Source of the DNA: Candidatus Saccharimonadota bacterium
GTDB taxonomy: Bacteria > Patescibacteriota > Saccharimonadia > Saccharimonadales > Saccharimonadaceae
Direction: 5' to 3'
Assembly (NCBI GenBank): GCA_030535695.1
Contig: JAUNRI010000001.1
Span: 1-39,062, forward strand
DNA length: 39,062 bases
Shown here: in pieces, positions 17,248 to 27,643 of the stretch
How the letters are laid out: each line of letters begins with the position of its first letter
Numbering within the stretch: the stretch's first letter is position 1
Translations under genes and position numbers: made by a program
Notes under the pieces: generated by a model
What the model was told of the DNA's origin: nothing
The model's database searches: none
Seen by the model: the letters and a program-made list of their open reading frames with translations, nothing else

Positions 17248-18705
17248 TTAGATTTTTTTGTATATTCTTACCCCATTTTTTGTATCTTCTTCCTCGTCGT
17301 CAATCTCATAAATCATCTTATAGTCATCTCTGTCATAATCATACAAATAATCTTCGTACTCCATCACTATCAAATAGTCAAAATCATACTTTGCAGTAAA
17401 ATCTTCTACCCCTATTCTCCTATTGTAAAAATCGTAAAATTCTACAAAAATGTCCTCTTTACCATTATTATCCTTCAAAAATACTTCCATTCTAGGATCT
17501 ATGTAGGGCTTATACCCCCGATATTCCAAAAATCCCCCTTGATTAAAATTCGTATAAATTTTTAGTGATTTCTTATCAGTTTCTCCTACATCTTTGTCGA
17601 GTTCGTTCACTGCAGAAATCATCTGTTTGTTTGGCCCATCAATCGCCTGCGGAGCTCTCGCCACCGCCACCGTTATAGTCAACACTGTTGCCAAAATTCC
17701 ACACCAAGATGCCACCATCCAGCGTATTTTTCGAGAACCCCAATTATTTATCAAAACGTCTTTATATACCGCCGCAAGTGGAAATAGCAAAACCAAAATC
17801 ACATAACTCATCGCTTTGGAAGTGTTAATCCCTAATGCCAAAAATCCAAAAATCAAAAGTAGCCATCGTATTCTGATATTTCGTTTTTTCCCAAAAATAT
17901 AAAGTATCATTGCTACCGCAATTGCTCCATACAACAAAACACAATAAACATTTGCAAGATAAAATGGGTATAGCTCATTAATAATTTCTCTCGCTTCCGG
18001 CACTCCATAACTCGAAAACATCAAGGTCATCATCTTGAATCCATAAGGGTTTAAAAAACCTGCCAAAAATGAAACCAAAAAAGTTACTATAAGTGGCTTT
18101 TTCCGGTATCCCGCAAGATGTAATTTTTTAAATTTTATACCGTCTATAATATAAACCAACAGCACTGCAAATATCATCGGCCAAATCGATGCATGTATAT
18201 TAATCTCCACCAAAGAAATTAAAGGTATCCACCATAAATATTTACTTTTATCAGTTTTAATATAAAGTTCCAACAAATAAATTACCGACATTATTGCGCA
18301 ATAACTCACCATCTGAGCTCTTGTCACTACAAAACAATATCCCAGTAGCAAATCCGTCAAAATCATAATCATAAGTGACAAATTTACATTTTTATTACTA
18401 AGAAGCATACAAATTTTATAAATCAGATAACACAAAATCAAATTCAAAACTAGCATACCAACATAAATTCCTACCGGCCCAAATACCGAATATATCAAAT
18501 AAAAAATCACCGCAAAACCATAATTTTGTACGGTGATATTCAAGCCCTCGTGCATTGAAAGTTGATCTTCATAATATATTCCGTTCTCTACAATTTCTCG
18601 CCCTTCAGCTAGTACTCCCCAGCTATCGTTATCTAAGGCGTTGTTGCAAACCATCACCCCCGCTGTCACTACCAGTGCTGCAATTAAAAATTTCAACCAC
18701 TTCAT
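17248..18705 (-). CDS. Polytopic membrane protein, probable GT-C-fold glycosyltransferase
   Basis: About 11 TM segments; acidic first loop DNDSWGVLAEGREI, TRAQ, NIHAS, LNPYG, C-terminal soluble domain FNQGGFLEY...YIDPRMEVF. Confidence 0.55.
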   Translation of the reverse strand: MKWLKFLIAALVVTAGVMVCNNALDNDSWGVLAEGREIVENGIYYEDQLSMHEGLNITVQNYGFAVIFYLIYSVFGPVGIYVGMLVLNLILCYLIYKICMLLSNKNVNLSLMIMILTDLLLGYCFVVTRAQMVSYCAIMSVIYLLELYIKTDKSKYLWWIPLISLVEINIHASIWPMIFAVLLVYIIDGIKFKKLHLAGYRKKPLIVTFLVSFLAGFLNPYGFKMMTLMFSSYGVPEAREIINELYPFYLANVYCVLLYGAIAVAMILYIFGKKRNIRIRWLLLIFGFLALGINTSKAMSYVILVLLFPLAAVYKDVLINNWGSRKIRWMVASWCGILATVLTITVAVARAPQAIDGPNKQMISAVNELDKDVGETDKKSLKIYTNFNQGGFLEYRGYKPYIDPRMEVFLKDNNGKEDIFVEFYDFYNRRIGVEDFTAKYDFDYLIVMEYEDYLYDYDRDDYKMIYEIDDEEEDTKNGVRIYKKI

Positions 18706-18742
18706 ATAAAAATAACCCCGCTAACATGCGCCTCCAGGAGCA

Positions 18743-18835
18743 TGGCGGAGGGTGGGAGATTCGAACTCCCGCTCCAGATCACTCCAGACTAACGATTTAG
18801 CAAACCGTCCCCTTCAGCCACTTGGGTAACCCTCC
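18743..18835 (-). tRNA. tRNA-Ser (GCT)
   Basis: GGAGGGT...ACCCTCC-G-CCA acceptor, D-loop AAGTGGCTGAA, anticodon loop TTGCTAA, long variable arm, T-loop TTCGAAT, encoded CCA. Confidence 0.96.
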
Positions 18836-18892
18836 ATTGTCATAATTCTACCATATTTCAACTAAAAAACAAAGCTGTGTTATAATATACTT

Positions 18893-19360
18893 ATGGCAAA
18901 TATATCGCAATCAATCTCTTGGGAAGCTGAAGAATATATCATCAAAGAACACCACGGTTGGTGGTATTTTGGCCTTTTTGTGGTTACTGCGGGGCTTTCT
19001 GCCCTTGCTATCTGGCTCCAGGGTTGGACTTTTCTTGCCCTTATCATCGTTAGTGCTATCACTGTTTTAATCTTTAATCTTCGCCCTCCCCGCAAAATTC
19101 ACTATACTCTAGGTAGAGATAGTCTCACCGAAGGCAAAATCAAACACCCTATCGCAGATTACCGTGCCTTCGGCATCGTCAAAGAAGGTTCTCATTATAG
19201 TGCCGTTTTAATTCCCAAAAAACGTTTTGGTATTAATGTCAAAGTCTATTTTCCCGAGGGTAGCGGCGAAGCCATTGTGGATAACTTAGGTGCCCGTCTC
19301 CCCATGGAAGAAGTTAAGGCCGATCTGTTAGACAAAATCGTTGACTTTTTACGTATTTAG
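18893..19360 (+). CDS. Hypothetical membrane protein (2 TM + soluble beta-rich domain)
   Basis: ISWEAEEY...WWYFG, two TM helices, RPPRKIHYTL; TGT-TATAAT 6 nt before the ATG. Confidence 0.8.
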   Translation: MANISQSISWEAEEYIIKEHHGWWYFGLFVVTAGLSALAIWLQGWTFLALIIVSAITVLIFNLRPPRKIHYTLGRDSLTEGKIKHPIADYRAFGIVKEGSHYSAVLIPKKRFGINVKVYFPEGSGEAIVDNLGARLPMEEVKADLLDKIVDFLRI

Positions 19361-19425
19361 ACTTGCAAAAACTAAAACGCTTGTGTTATAATAGATTTAA
19401 TTAATTTTATTAAAGGTGGGTACAC

Positions 19426-19941
19426 ATGAACCAAAATACATCTGTAGATAATGATCTACAAAAAGCAATTGACGATATTACTAAAACTACCAGCGGTGAT
19501 CCATTGTTCGCTGACCCAGTAGCTGCTCCGGCTCCAGCACCAGTTGGACCATTCCCAGTAGCCACTCCTGGCCCAATGCCACCGGCTCCAATGCCAATGC
19601 CAGAACCAGTCGCTCCAGCTGAGCCAGTTTCTGCGCCAGAGGAAGACATCAAACCAGAGCCAATCGGCCATGAAGAAGATGTGGAAAAAACTCCATTTGT
19701 AGAAAACGAGGGTATGGGTATCAACCAGGTCAAAGAAGCAGCGCTTCGCGAACTCGCACCAATTCTATCAAAACTCGATGTTCCAGCCGAACAAAAGTTT
19801 GATATTTACAAGAACGTAATCGACAATTATCACGATTCTAGCGTGATTGAGCCGGCCTATCAAGCGGCTTCCAAGATTGCTGATGACAAAGAAAAAGGCG
19901 AAGCCCTTCTCTACATCATCGATTCTATCGACAAAATGTAA
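19426..19941 (+). CDS. Hypothetical protein with Pro-rich linker and helical C-terminal domain
   Basis: Own promoter (TTGCAA...TGT-TATAAT, 19363-19392), SD-like AAGGTGG, followed by a terminator. Confidence 0.8.
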   Translation: MNQNTSVDNDLQKAIDDITKTTSGDPLFADPVAAPAPAPVGPFPVATPGPMPPAPMPMPEPVAPAEPVSAPEEDIKPEPIGHEEDVEKTPFVENEGMGINQVKEAALRELAPILSKLDVPAEQKFDIYKNVIDNYHDSSVIEPAYQAASKIADDKEKGEALLYIIDSIDKM

Positions 19942-19949
19942 AATTAGCC

Positions 19950-19983
19950 AAAAACTGCGCTTTCCACCTTGCGCAGTTTTTTT
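19950..19983. terminator. Bidirectional intrinsic terminator
   Basis: AAAAACTGCGC-tttccacctt-GCGCAGTTTTTTT between convergent genes. Confidence 0.88.
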
Positions 19984-19989
19984 TATTCT

Positions 19990-20514
19990 CTAAACTATTG
20001 GTCCTAACCTGTTCCTTGCGCTCACTGTCAAATACATCATATCACTAAGCACTTTTTCTACTTCCTTTTTAGCAAACCCTCTTTTCCCCCACTCAAAAAT
20101 TATCTCCGTTATCTCACTCGCGCAAATTCTCAAAATCTTCTCTGACTCTTTAATTTTTGGTTTCAATTTTAAAACCATTTTCATCACAACTTCTCTATCA
20201 TCAAATTTCAAAAATATTTCAAATATCTGCCGGTTTTTTATAATCAACACCAACATATCCAGATACAGTATTCTAATTTCTACCTTTTTTGCCCGCAATT
20301 TTTCATCCACAACTATTTCGTATTCAGTCAAAATAATTTTCTCACAATCTGGAATAATCTCCCGCACCGAATGATGGTGTGTGTAAATTGTAGAACGCGC
20401 CACTCCTGCCCTTTTAGCCAATTGCCTCATAGTGCAATTTGGGTTGTCAAAAAAGACCGCAAGAATTGCTCCTTCGGTCTTTTTGTAACGACGGTCTTTC
20501 GTCTTCCCACCCAT
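19990..20514 (-). CDS. TetR/AcrR-family transcriptional regulator
   Basis: DRRYKKT...TMRQLAKRAGVARSTIYTHH helix-turn-helix. Confidence 0.85.
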   Translation of the reverse strand: MGGKTKDRRYKKTEGAILAVFFDNPNCTMRQLAKRAGVARSTIYTHHHSVREIIPDCEKIILTEYEIVVDEKLRAKKVEIRILYLDMLVLIIKNRQIFEIFLKFDDREVVMKMVLKLKPKIKESEKILRICASEITEIIFEWGKRGFAKKEVEKVLSDMMYLTVSARNRLGPIV

Positions 20515-20528
20515 ATTCTTATTCTATA

Positions 20529-22142
20529 TTAGTACCCCATTTCTGGACCAGCCATTGGTGGTTTTTCTTCTGGAATCTCGCAAATAAGAGCCCCCATCGT
20601 AATCGCCGTAGCCGCAATCGAAGTAGCGTTCTTCACTGCTTCTTTTGTTACCTTAGCTGGGTCAATCACGCCTGCCTTCTTAAGATCTTGAAGACCTTTT
20701 TCTGGTGCCATTACATTCACACCAAAGCCTGGCTTAGCTGATTCTACCTCAGCTAGAAGCGCCTGTGCATTTAGCCCAGCATTTTCCATGATATGTACAA
20801 ATGGAGTTTTTAAGGCCTCTTTTACAATCCTAGAACCATTATCAGAATCATCCAAAGCCCCAGCCAAATTCACCAAAGTTACACCACCACCAGTCACAAT
20901 CCCTTCAGCCAGAGCTGCCTTGGTAGCTGCCACTGCATCATCAACTCGGAATTTCTTCTCGTCAATCTCGGTTTCGGTCGCACCACCTACTTTGATTACT
21001 GCTACTTTGCCACAGAGTGCTGCTGCTCGTTTTTCAAATTCTTCTCTCTCATAATCAGATTTTGCTGCATCTGCCAAAGTCCTAATCAGAGCAATCCTTT
21101 TATCTACTTCTGCCTTAGCGCCTGCACCTTTAATAATTGTAGTTTCATCCTTAGTGGCAATCACCTTATTAGCAGAACCCAAAACTTCCAAACCTACTTC
21201 TTGTAATTTCAAACCTTTATCAGAAGACACTACCGTTGCATCAGTCAAAATCGCAATATCTTCCATCACTTCTTTTCTTCTATCGCCAAATGCCGGAGCT
21301 TTGAGAACCAACGAGTTAAATACGCCTTTAAGCTTATTCAGAACCAAAAGTGACAAAGCTTCCCCTTCTACTTCTTCTGCCACAATCACTAAATCTTTCT
21401 TACCAGCCTGGGCACATTTTTCAAGCAGTGGCAGAATGTCTGCTGCTGCTGAAATTTTATTCTCTGTAACTAAAATCAACGGCTTATCAAACACTGCTTC
21501 TTGGCGATTTACATCAGTCACAAAGAAAGCTGATGCATAACCTTTGTCATAAGAAAAGCCTTCCACAATTTCTTGTTCCATTTCAAGGCCTTGCCCTGCT
21601 TCTACCGTCACCACACCATCCTTACCAATCTTCGAAATCACTTCAGCAATCAGTTCACCAATCTCTGCATCACCAGCCGAGATTGTAGCTACCTCTGCCA
21701 CTTTTTTAGAATTACCCTCAATCTTTTCGGCCGACTTTTCAATCCCCTTTATAATTTCTGCGCCAGCCTTTTCAATCCCCCGTCTAAGCTCCATTGGGTT
21801 CACACCGGCAGCAATCAATTTATTTGCTTCCGACAGTATATTATATGTAAGAACCGTTACCGTAGTGGTACCATCACCTGCAACTTTGTTTAATTTTTGC
21901 GCTGCAGTTTTGATTAATTTAGCACCTACAGCTTCGCCCATTGTATCTTCTTTAGATGGAAGATCCACAGCCTCGGCTACCGTCACACCATCATGTGTAA
22001 TCACCGGTGCACCGTAATCTTTTTCAATAATGACATTCTGCCCTTTTGGCCCAAAAGTCACTTTTACTGCATCATAAAGTTGTTTAGCCCCAGAAAGAAC
22101 CTTTTCTCTGGCTTCTGTTTCGTAATAAATTTTCTTTGCCAT
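20529..22142 (-). CDS. groEL: Chaperonin GroEL
   Basis: AVKVTFGPKG, AGDGTTT, APAFGDRRK, VGGATETE, GVIDPAKV; SD AGGAG. Confidence 0.98.
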   Translation of the reverse strand: MAKKIYYETEAREKVLSGAKQLYDAVKVTFGPKGQNVIIEKDYGAPVITHDGVTVAEAVDLPSKEDTMGEAVGAKLIKTAAQKLNKVAGDGTTTVTVLTYNILSEANKLIAAGVNPMELRRGIEKAGAEIIKGIEKSAEKIEGNSKKVAEVATISAGDAEIGELIAEVISKIGKDGVVTVEAGQGLEMEQEIVEGFSYDKGYASAFFVTDVNRQEAVFDKPLILVTENKISAAADILPLLEKCAQAGKKDLVIVAEEVEGEALSLLVLNKLKGVFNSLVLKAPAFGDRRKEVMEDIAILTDATVVSSDKGLKLQEVGLEVLGSANKVIATKDETTIIKGAGAKAEVDKRIALIRTLADAAKSDYEREEFEKRAAALCGKVAVIKVGGATETEIDEKKFRVDDAVAATKAALAEGIVTGGGVTLVNLAGALDDSDNGSRIVKEALKTPFVHIMENAGLNAQALLAEVESAKPGFGVNVMAPEKGLQDLKKAGVIDPAKVTKEAVKNATSIAATAITMGALICEIPEEKPPMAGPEMGY

Positions 22143-22151
22143 TTTTAACTC

Positions 22152-22406
22152 CTATAATGTCGCGAGGACATCTTCCTCTTTTAAGATAATATAATCTTTA
22201 TCGTCCAATTTAATCTCAGTTGTAGAATATTCTTTATACACAATCTTGTCACCTTTTTTCACATCTTTGACTTCTTTTCCTACCGATTCTACTACTGCAT
22301 AGGCTGGTTTTTCTTTGGCCTCACCAAGAAGAATACCAGATTTAGTTTTTTCCAGTGGCTTTTCTACCACTGCTACAATTCTGTCTTTTAACGGTTTTAG
22401 TGCCAT
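22152..22406 (-). CDS. groES: Co-chaperonin GroES
   Basis: LKPLKDRI...KTKSGILL...VKKGDKIVY...ILKEEDVLA; start corrected to ATG 22406 (SD AAGGAG). Confidence 0.96.
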   Translation of the reverse strand: MALKPLKDRIVAVVEKPLEKTKSGILLGEAKEKPAYAVVESVGKEVKDVKKGDKIVYKEYSTTEIKLDDKDYIILKEEDVLATL

Positions 22407-22420
22407 AATTTTAACTCCTT

Positions 22421-22990
22421 TTAGGAGATTATAGCACAACTTTCTAGCACTTGCAACTTGCGAGTGCTAATCCACTCATCTACTGCCTTTTTTACCCCCG
22501 GCAGTGCCGGATTATTATAATCATGCACTATAACAATTCCCCCTTCACTCATTTTATTTCCCACCAATTTAAGACTATCTTTGATTGATTCATAAAAATC
22601 CCCGTCGAGAAATGCAAAAGCGATTTTATCTGGCAAATCTTGAGTTTCCAAATCCGAGAACCAAGCTTTTTTAATCACCGGCACTTTTAGCCCAGCTCTT
22701 AAAAATCTTTCTTTCACTTCCCTTTTTGTCACCAAAAGTTCCCCTTCTTTAAAATTCTCACCTAGTGGAGAATTATCTTTTTCAGATTTTTTCGGCAATC
22801 CTTCAAACGAATCATAAATAAATAACGTCTTAGAAGCATCATTCTGAACAACTTCTGCTAGCATCAAAGATGTATCGCCTTTATAACACCCCAGCTCCAC
22901 AAAATCCCCAGGAACCTCCAAACATTTTTTAGCAATTTCTATAATATTTTCCGTTTCCGTTTCAGAAACCTGATCATTCTTCCAAACCAT
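22421..22990 (-). CDS. TylF/MycF/NovP-family O-methyltransferase
   Basis: VPGDFVELGCYKG, YDSFEGLP, KAWFSD, IAFAFLDGDFYES, GGIVIVHDY, PGVKKAVDE. Confidence 0.9.
   Translation of the reverse strand: MVWKNDQVSETETENIIEIAKKCLEVPGDFVELGCYKGDTSLMLAEVVQNDASKTLFIYDSFEGLPKKSEKDNSPLGENFKEGELLVTKREVKERFLRAGLKVPVIKKAWFSDLETQDLPDKIAFAFLDGDFYESIKDSLKLVGNKMSEGGIVIVHDYNNPALPGVKKAVDEWISTRKLQVLESCAIIS
22444..22470. promoter_or_regulatory. CIRCE element upstream of groES, inside the 3' end of the TylF gene
   Basis: Minus strand TTAGCACTC-GCAAGTTGC-AAGTGCTAG, followed by TGC-TATAAT (22436-22428). Confidence 0.9.
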
Positions 22991-22991
22991 T

Positions 22992-25874
22992 TTATTTCAA
23001 ATATTTCTTGAGATATTCACCCGTTGGAGTATTGCCATGTTTAGCTAATTCCTCTGGTGTGCCTTGATCACAAATTTCTCCACCTTTAAGCCCGCCTTCT
23101 GGACCCATTTCGATCACCCAATCTGCTGATTTAATCACATGTAAATTATGTTCAATAATAATCATTGAGTTTCCACCATCCACCAATTTATTTAGAATTG
23201 CGAGTAATCTCTTCACGTCATCAGTATGAAGACCCGTCGTAGGCTCATCCAAAATATATAATGTTTTACCAGTAGAACGTCGCGCAAGTTCAGTAGCAAG
23301 TTTAATTCTTTGTGCTTCACCACCAGAGAATGTTGTGGCTGGTTGACCCAATTTAATATAGCCTAGCCCTACTTCCTGAATTGTACGAAGTTTTGAAGCA
23401 ATCGCTGGGATTGAACCAAAGAATTCTACCGCTTCATCAATCGTCATATCTAGCACTTGCGAAATATCTTTGCCTTTATATTTTACTTCCAAAGCTTCTG
23501 CATTATAACGTCGCCCGTGACAAGCTGGACAAGTCACATACACATCCGGCAAAAAATGCATTTCGATTTTGTTTACACCATCACCCTGACAATGCTCACA
23601 TCTCCCACCTTTTACATTAAATGAGAATCTACCAGCTTTATAACCACGCACTTCTGCCTCCGGCTGAGAAGCATAAAGTTCCCGAATTGCGTTAAACACC
23701 CCCGTATAAGTCGCCGGGTTAGACCTAGGCGTCCGTCCGATCGGGCTTTGATCAATTACAATAATCTTATTAATATGTTCGATTCCCTCAATTGAGTCAT
23801 GAAGCCCTGGCACCGTTTGTGCTCGGTGCAACCTAGCCAATAGTTCATTAGAAAGAATATTATTAACCAAAGTAGATTTTCCAGAACCAGACACACCAGA
23901 TACCACCGTCATCACACCAAGTGGGAAATGTGCATCAATATTTTTGAGATTATTTTCTCTAGCCCCTTTTACTACAAGTTCATAGTTAGAGCGAATTTTG
24001 CGACGTTTCTTTGGCACTGGTATAGACTTAGCACCAGAAAGATACTGCCCGGTAATCGAATCAGGATTTTTTGCCACTTCTTCTGGAGTGCCACAGGCTA
24101 CCAATCTACCACCATTTAACCCAGCCCCCGGACCAATATCAATAATGTAATCCGAAGACCACATTGTGTCTTCATCGTGCTCTACTACTAAAACTGTGTT
24201 TTTAAGATCCCGAAGATGTTTCAAAGTCCCAATCAATTTATCGTTATCTCTCTGATGAAGCCCAATCGATGGCTCATCCAAAACATACAAAACTCCCTGA
24301 AGTCCAGAACCAATTTGGGTGGCCAATCTAATTCTCTGCGCTTCACCACCAGAAAGTGTATTCGCCGCTCTACCTAGTTCCAAATACCCTAGCCCCACAT
24401 CTTTCATAAACCTTACTCTCTCGCGAATTTCCTTGAGAATCGGTGCTGCAATCATTTGTTCTTCATCCGTAAATTTCAAATCTTTGTCCAAAACTTCCAA
24501 CATCGCATCCACATCTAAATTACACATATCTACAATATTAAGATCATTAATCGTTACTGCTAGTACTACTGGTTTTAACCTTGCCCCATGACAAGTTTGG
24601 CATTCACGAACCCGCATAAATCTCTCAATGTCGTGCTTAGTAAATTCCGAAATCTTTGGATCATTATAGCGACGTTCCAACATCGGAATTACACCTTCAT
24701 AAGTAGTTTCATAAACTGTCCCTGCTGCAAATTTGCCCGTCCCAGAAATCTTCATTTGATATTTCTCCTCACCCGTTCCGTAAAGAATCAAATGTTGAAT
24801 CTCTTCAGACAAATCCCCAATTGGCGTTTGCATATCAAAACCATGTTTTGCCCCTACTGCCATTAATCTTTTCAGCCACCAAGATTCTTGTTGCACCCGG
24901 TTAAATGGTCTAATTCCACCCTCCGCAATTGTCAAATTTTTATTAAATACCAAAGCTGGATCTACTTCCATTTTAGAGCCCAGCCCCGTACAATCCGGAC
25001 AAGCTCCCTCTGGCGCGTTAAACGAAAACAACCTAGGGGTAAGTTCTGGAATTAATTCTTCCGGATGATCCGGACAAGCATATCTCTGTGAATAAGTAAT
25101 CACTTCTGCATTATCTAGATTCACTCGCTTTTCATCTACTGCCGTAGTCCGATCATTAATTTTGAGGACTTTCATAATCCCTTGGCCCAATTCCAATGCT
25201 TGCTCTACCGAGCCAGAAATTCTCGAAATTAGTTCTGGCGAAAGCACAAATCTATCTACTACAATCTCAATATCGTGTCGTTCATTTTTATTTAGTTCTG
25301 GGAATTCATCCAAAGCATAAATAATTCCATCCACCCTTACTCTAGAAAACCCTTTTGCGGTATATTGCTCAGGTATATGTAAAAACTCACCTTTTTTAGC
25401 CGATACAATCGGAGCAAGCACCATTAATTTTGCACCCAAAGGCAATTTCATTACCTCATTCACAATATCTTCAGAAGTCCTTCGAGAAACTGGTTTATGA
25501 CAAATCGGACAATGTGGCACACCTACACGAGCAAACAAAAGACGAAGATAATCATATACCTCTGTTACAGTTGCTACCGTAGAGCGAGGATTCCGAGAAG
25601 TAGATTTTTGATCAATCGAAATAGCAGGCGAAAGCCCAGAAATCGAATCTACCTCTGGTTTATCCATAATTCCAAGAAACATTCTCGCATAAGAAGATAG
25701 AGATTCCACATATCTTCGCTGCCCTTCCGCATAAATTGTATCAAAAGCTAAACTAGACTTCCCCGAACCAGACAAACCCGTCATAATCACCAATTTATCT
25801 CTAGGAATATCTACATCTATATCTTTTAGATTATTTTGCCTTGCACCCCGAACTCGTATAAAATTATCTTCCAT
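22992..25874 (-). CDS. uvrA: Excinuclease ABC subunit A
   Basis: [23 protein letters not shown], second Walker [17 protein letters not shown], zinc-finger CxxC motifs. Confidence 0.99.
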   Translation of the reverse strand: MEDNFIRVRGARQNNLKDIDVDIPRDKLVIMTGLSGSGKSSLAFDTIYAEGQRRYVESLSSYARMFLGIMDKPEVDSISGLSPAISIDQKSTSRNPRSTVATVTEVYDYLRLLFARVGVPHCPICHKPVSRRTSEDIVNEVMKLPLGAKLMVLAPIVSAKKGEFLHIPEQYTAKGFSRVRVDGIIYALDEFPELNKNERHDIEIVVDRFVLSPELISRISGSVEQALELGQGIMKVLKINDRTTAVDEKRVNLDNAEVITYSQRYACPDHPEELIPELTPRLFSFNAPEGACPDCTGLGSKMEVDPALVFNKNLTIAEGGIRPFNRVQQESWWLKRLMAVGAKHGFDMQTPIGDLSEEIQHLILYGTGEEKYQMKISGTGKFAAGTVYETTYEGVIPMLERRYNDPKISEFTKHDIERFMRVRECQTCHGARLKPVVLAVTINDLNIVDMCNLDVDAMLEVLDKDLKFTDEEQMIAAPILKEIRERVRFMKDVGLGYLELGRAANTLSGGEAQRIRLATQIGSGLQGVLYVLDEPSIGLHQRDNDKLIGTLKHLRDLKNTVLVVEHDEDTMWSSDYIIDIGPGAGLNGGRLVACGTPEEVAKNPDSITGQYLSGAKSIPVPKKRRKIRSNYELVVKGARENNLKNIDAHFPLGVMTVVSGVSGSGKSTLVNNILSNELLARLHRAQTVPGLHDSIEGIEHINKIIVIDQSPIGRTPRSNPATYTGVFNAIRELYASQPEAEVRGYKAGRFSFNVKGGRCEHCQGDGVNKIEMHFLPDVYVTCPACHGRRYNAEALEVKYKGKDISQVLDMTIDEAVEFFGSIPAIASKLRTIQEVGLGYIKLGQPATTFSGGEAQRIKLATELARRSTGKTLYILDEPTTGLHTDDVKRLLAILNKLVDGGNSMIIIEHNLHVIKSADWVIEMGPEGGLKGGEICDQGTPEELAKHGNTPTGEYLKKYLK

Positions 25875-25899
25875 AAACCTACCTATTATACACCAAAAG

Positions 25900-26697
25900 T
25901 CAATTTTTGTCTAGAGTCCTAAGGTAAGAATCAGCAAATTCATTATAAGTTTCAAAAATGTAGCTTTTTTTGGCCAAACCATCAATTACAAACTCTAACC
26001 TCTCCACCAATTTGTCCCCACTATTCTTTTTAATATAACTCGGCACTTCCTTACAACCAACAAGTTCATCACTAAACTCCCACGGATGAAAATATGTAGC
26101 AAAATAACCAGTCTTATTAGCTGCCATCAAAGCCAATTTTAAATACACTTTTTTAGGAAAAAGATGCAATGCCAGCCAAAACAGTGGCACTCTCATAAAG
26201 GTAGCGACCGAAGTCGGAATCTCCAAAACCCCATTTTTGAAAAATGGTTTTCTTGGCACATCAAAATGATTATATCTACCCGGAATAAACGCCGGATTCA
26301 CACTGGAATCATATTTATACCCAGCATCTTTCAAATCAGAATAAGAAATTCCAAACATTCTCGGTTGCCGATACCCATAAATCTTAGCCAGCTTCCCCAC
26401 AATTTTGATAGACTCCTTAATATCCGACTTTTTCGGCTCAAAATGATCCACCCCGTGGCAAGCCACCTCGTGCCCCTCATCCACAATTTTTGAAACTAAT
26501 TCTGGATTCACACGAGCAAAATTCCCCGTCACAAAAAACGTCGCCTTTACTTCTTTTCTTCTCAATAAATCCAAAATTTTAAGAAGCCCACTGCTAGACA
26601 CTTTTACCCCTTCTTTTACAGAAATCTCTCCCCCATGCTCCCTAGGCAAATCAAACTCCTCCACATCAAAACTAAGTAAAACTTTATTTTTTGACAT
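25900..26697 (-). CDS. Polysaccharide deacetylase (NodB/CE4 fold)
   Basis: [41 protein letters not shown]. Confidence 0.9.
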   Translation of the reverse strand: MSKNKVLLSFDVEEFDLPREHGGEISVKEGVKVSSSGLLKILDLLRRKEVKATFFVTGNFARVNPELVSKIVDEGHEVACHGVDHFEPKKSDIKESIKIVGKLAKIYGYRQPRMFGISYSDLKDAGYKYDSSVNPAFIPGRYNHFDVPRKPFFKNGVLEIPTSVATFMRVPLFWLALHLFPKKVYLKLALMAANKTGYFATYFHPWEFSDELVGCKEVPSYIKKNSGDKLVERLEFVIDGLAKKSYIFETYNEFADSYLRTLDKN

Positions 26698-27643
26698 TTT
26701 TACTCACAAAAGATTTCTTCTTATTTACCACATAAAGCGGCCTACCCTTAGCCTCCGTATGAATCTGCGAAATATAAAGTGCCGTAATAGCCTGCGAAAC
26801 TAGTACCAGCCCCACCAAAAACGATACAAACACACTCATCGCTACCGCTCCGCTCCAATCCAATTTCAAAGGATCACCCAAAATATACTGCTCTATCAAA
26901 ATAAACAATCCAAAAATCAACGAAAAAATTGTAATAAACGCACCCAGATACCCAAAAATCACCAAAGGCGTCCTCGACGAAGACACTACCGAATCCATCG
27001 CGAGCCCTGCCAATTTCTTGGTGCTATAAGTTGGTTTGCCGTTTTTCCGTCCCTTGGTCTTTACTTTGATATATTCTTGATCAAATCCCAACCAGTCCAC
27101 CAGCCCTCTCGTCAAACGATTTCTTTCCGTCAATTGATTAAATTCATCTACTACCACTCTATCCAAAAGCCGAAAATCCATCGCCCCCGGCATCACTTTC
27201 TTATTCCCCATCACCCGCATAATCTTGTAATAAATTCCAGACCTTATTCGATGTTTAGTGGTATTCCTAGTATTCACCGCCGTCACAATCATCGCCCCAT
27301 TTTCCCACTTCTCTAGCATCTTCGGAATCTCTTCCACCGGATGTTGCCCATCCGCGTCCACCATAATCACCGCATCACCATTAGCCGCTTCAAGCCCCAC
27401 CGTCAGCGCCACTTCTTTACCAAAATTCCTAGTCAGTGCTATCACATTTACCAAAAACTTTTTCAAAATCTTACAAGCTTTAATTTTTTCCAAAGTCTTA
27501 TCTTCCGATCCATCGTCCACGATAATTACTTCCGTGTCATATTTCAAACTAGCAAGCACCGGCAAAAGCTGCTCATCCAAAAAATCTGAGATTCCCCCTT
27601 CTTCATCATAAACCGGCACCACTACCGAAATTAATTTTCCCAT
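26684..27643 (-). CDS. GT2 polyprenol-phosphate glycosyltransferase (GtrB/YkcC-like)
   Basis: SVVVPVYDEE, VDDGSED, RNFGKEVAL, DADGQHP, DFRLLDR, two C-terminal TMs, EAKGRPLY. Confidence 0.92.
   Translation of the reverse strand: MGKLISVVVPVYDEEGGISDFLDEQLLPVLASLKYDTEVIIVDDGSEDKTLEKIKACKILKKFLVNVIALTRNFGKEVALTVGLEAANGDAVIMVDADGQHPVEEIPKMLEKWENGAMIVTAVNTRNTTKHRIRSGIYYKIMRVMGNKKVMPGAMDFRLLDRVVVDEFNQLTERNRLTRGLVDWLGFDQEYIKVKTKGRKNGKPTYSTKKLAGLAMDSVVSSSRTPLVIFGYLGAFITIFSLIFGLFILIEQYILGDPLKLDWSGAVAMSVFVSFLVGLVLVSQAITALYISQIHTEAKGRPLYVVNKKKSFVSKNVKK

Noticed and set aside
18725-18744. Terminator after tRNA-Ser
   Set aside because: The CATG..CTCC-A-GGAG-CATG dyad is imperfect, has too small a loop and lacks an adjacent U-tract.
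18700-18835. tRNA-Ser as attachment site of a prophage or island
   Set aside because: No duplicate of the tRNA 3' end found elsewhere in the window and no integrase nearby.
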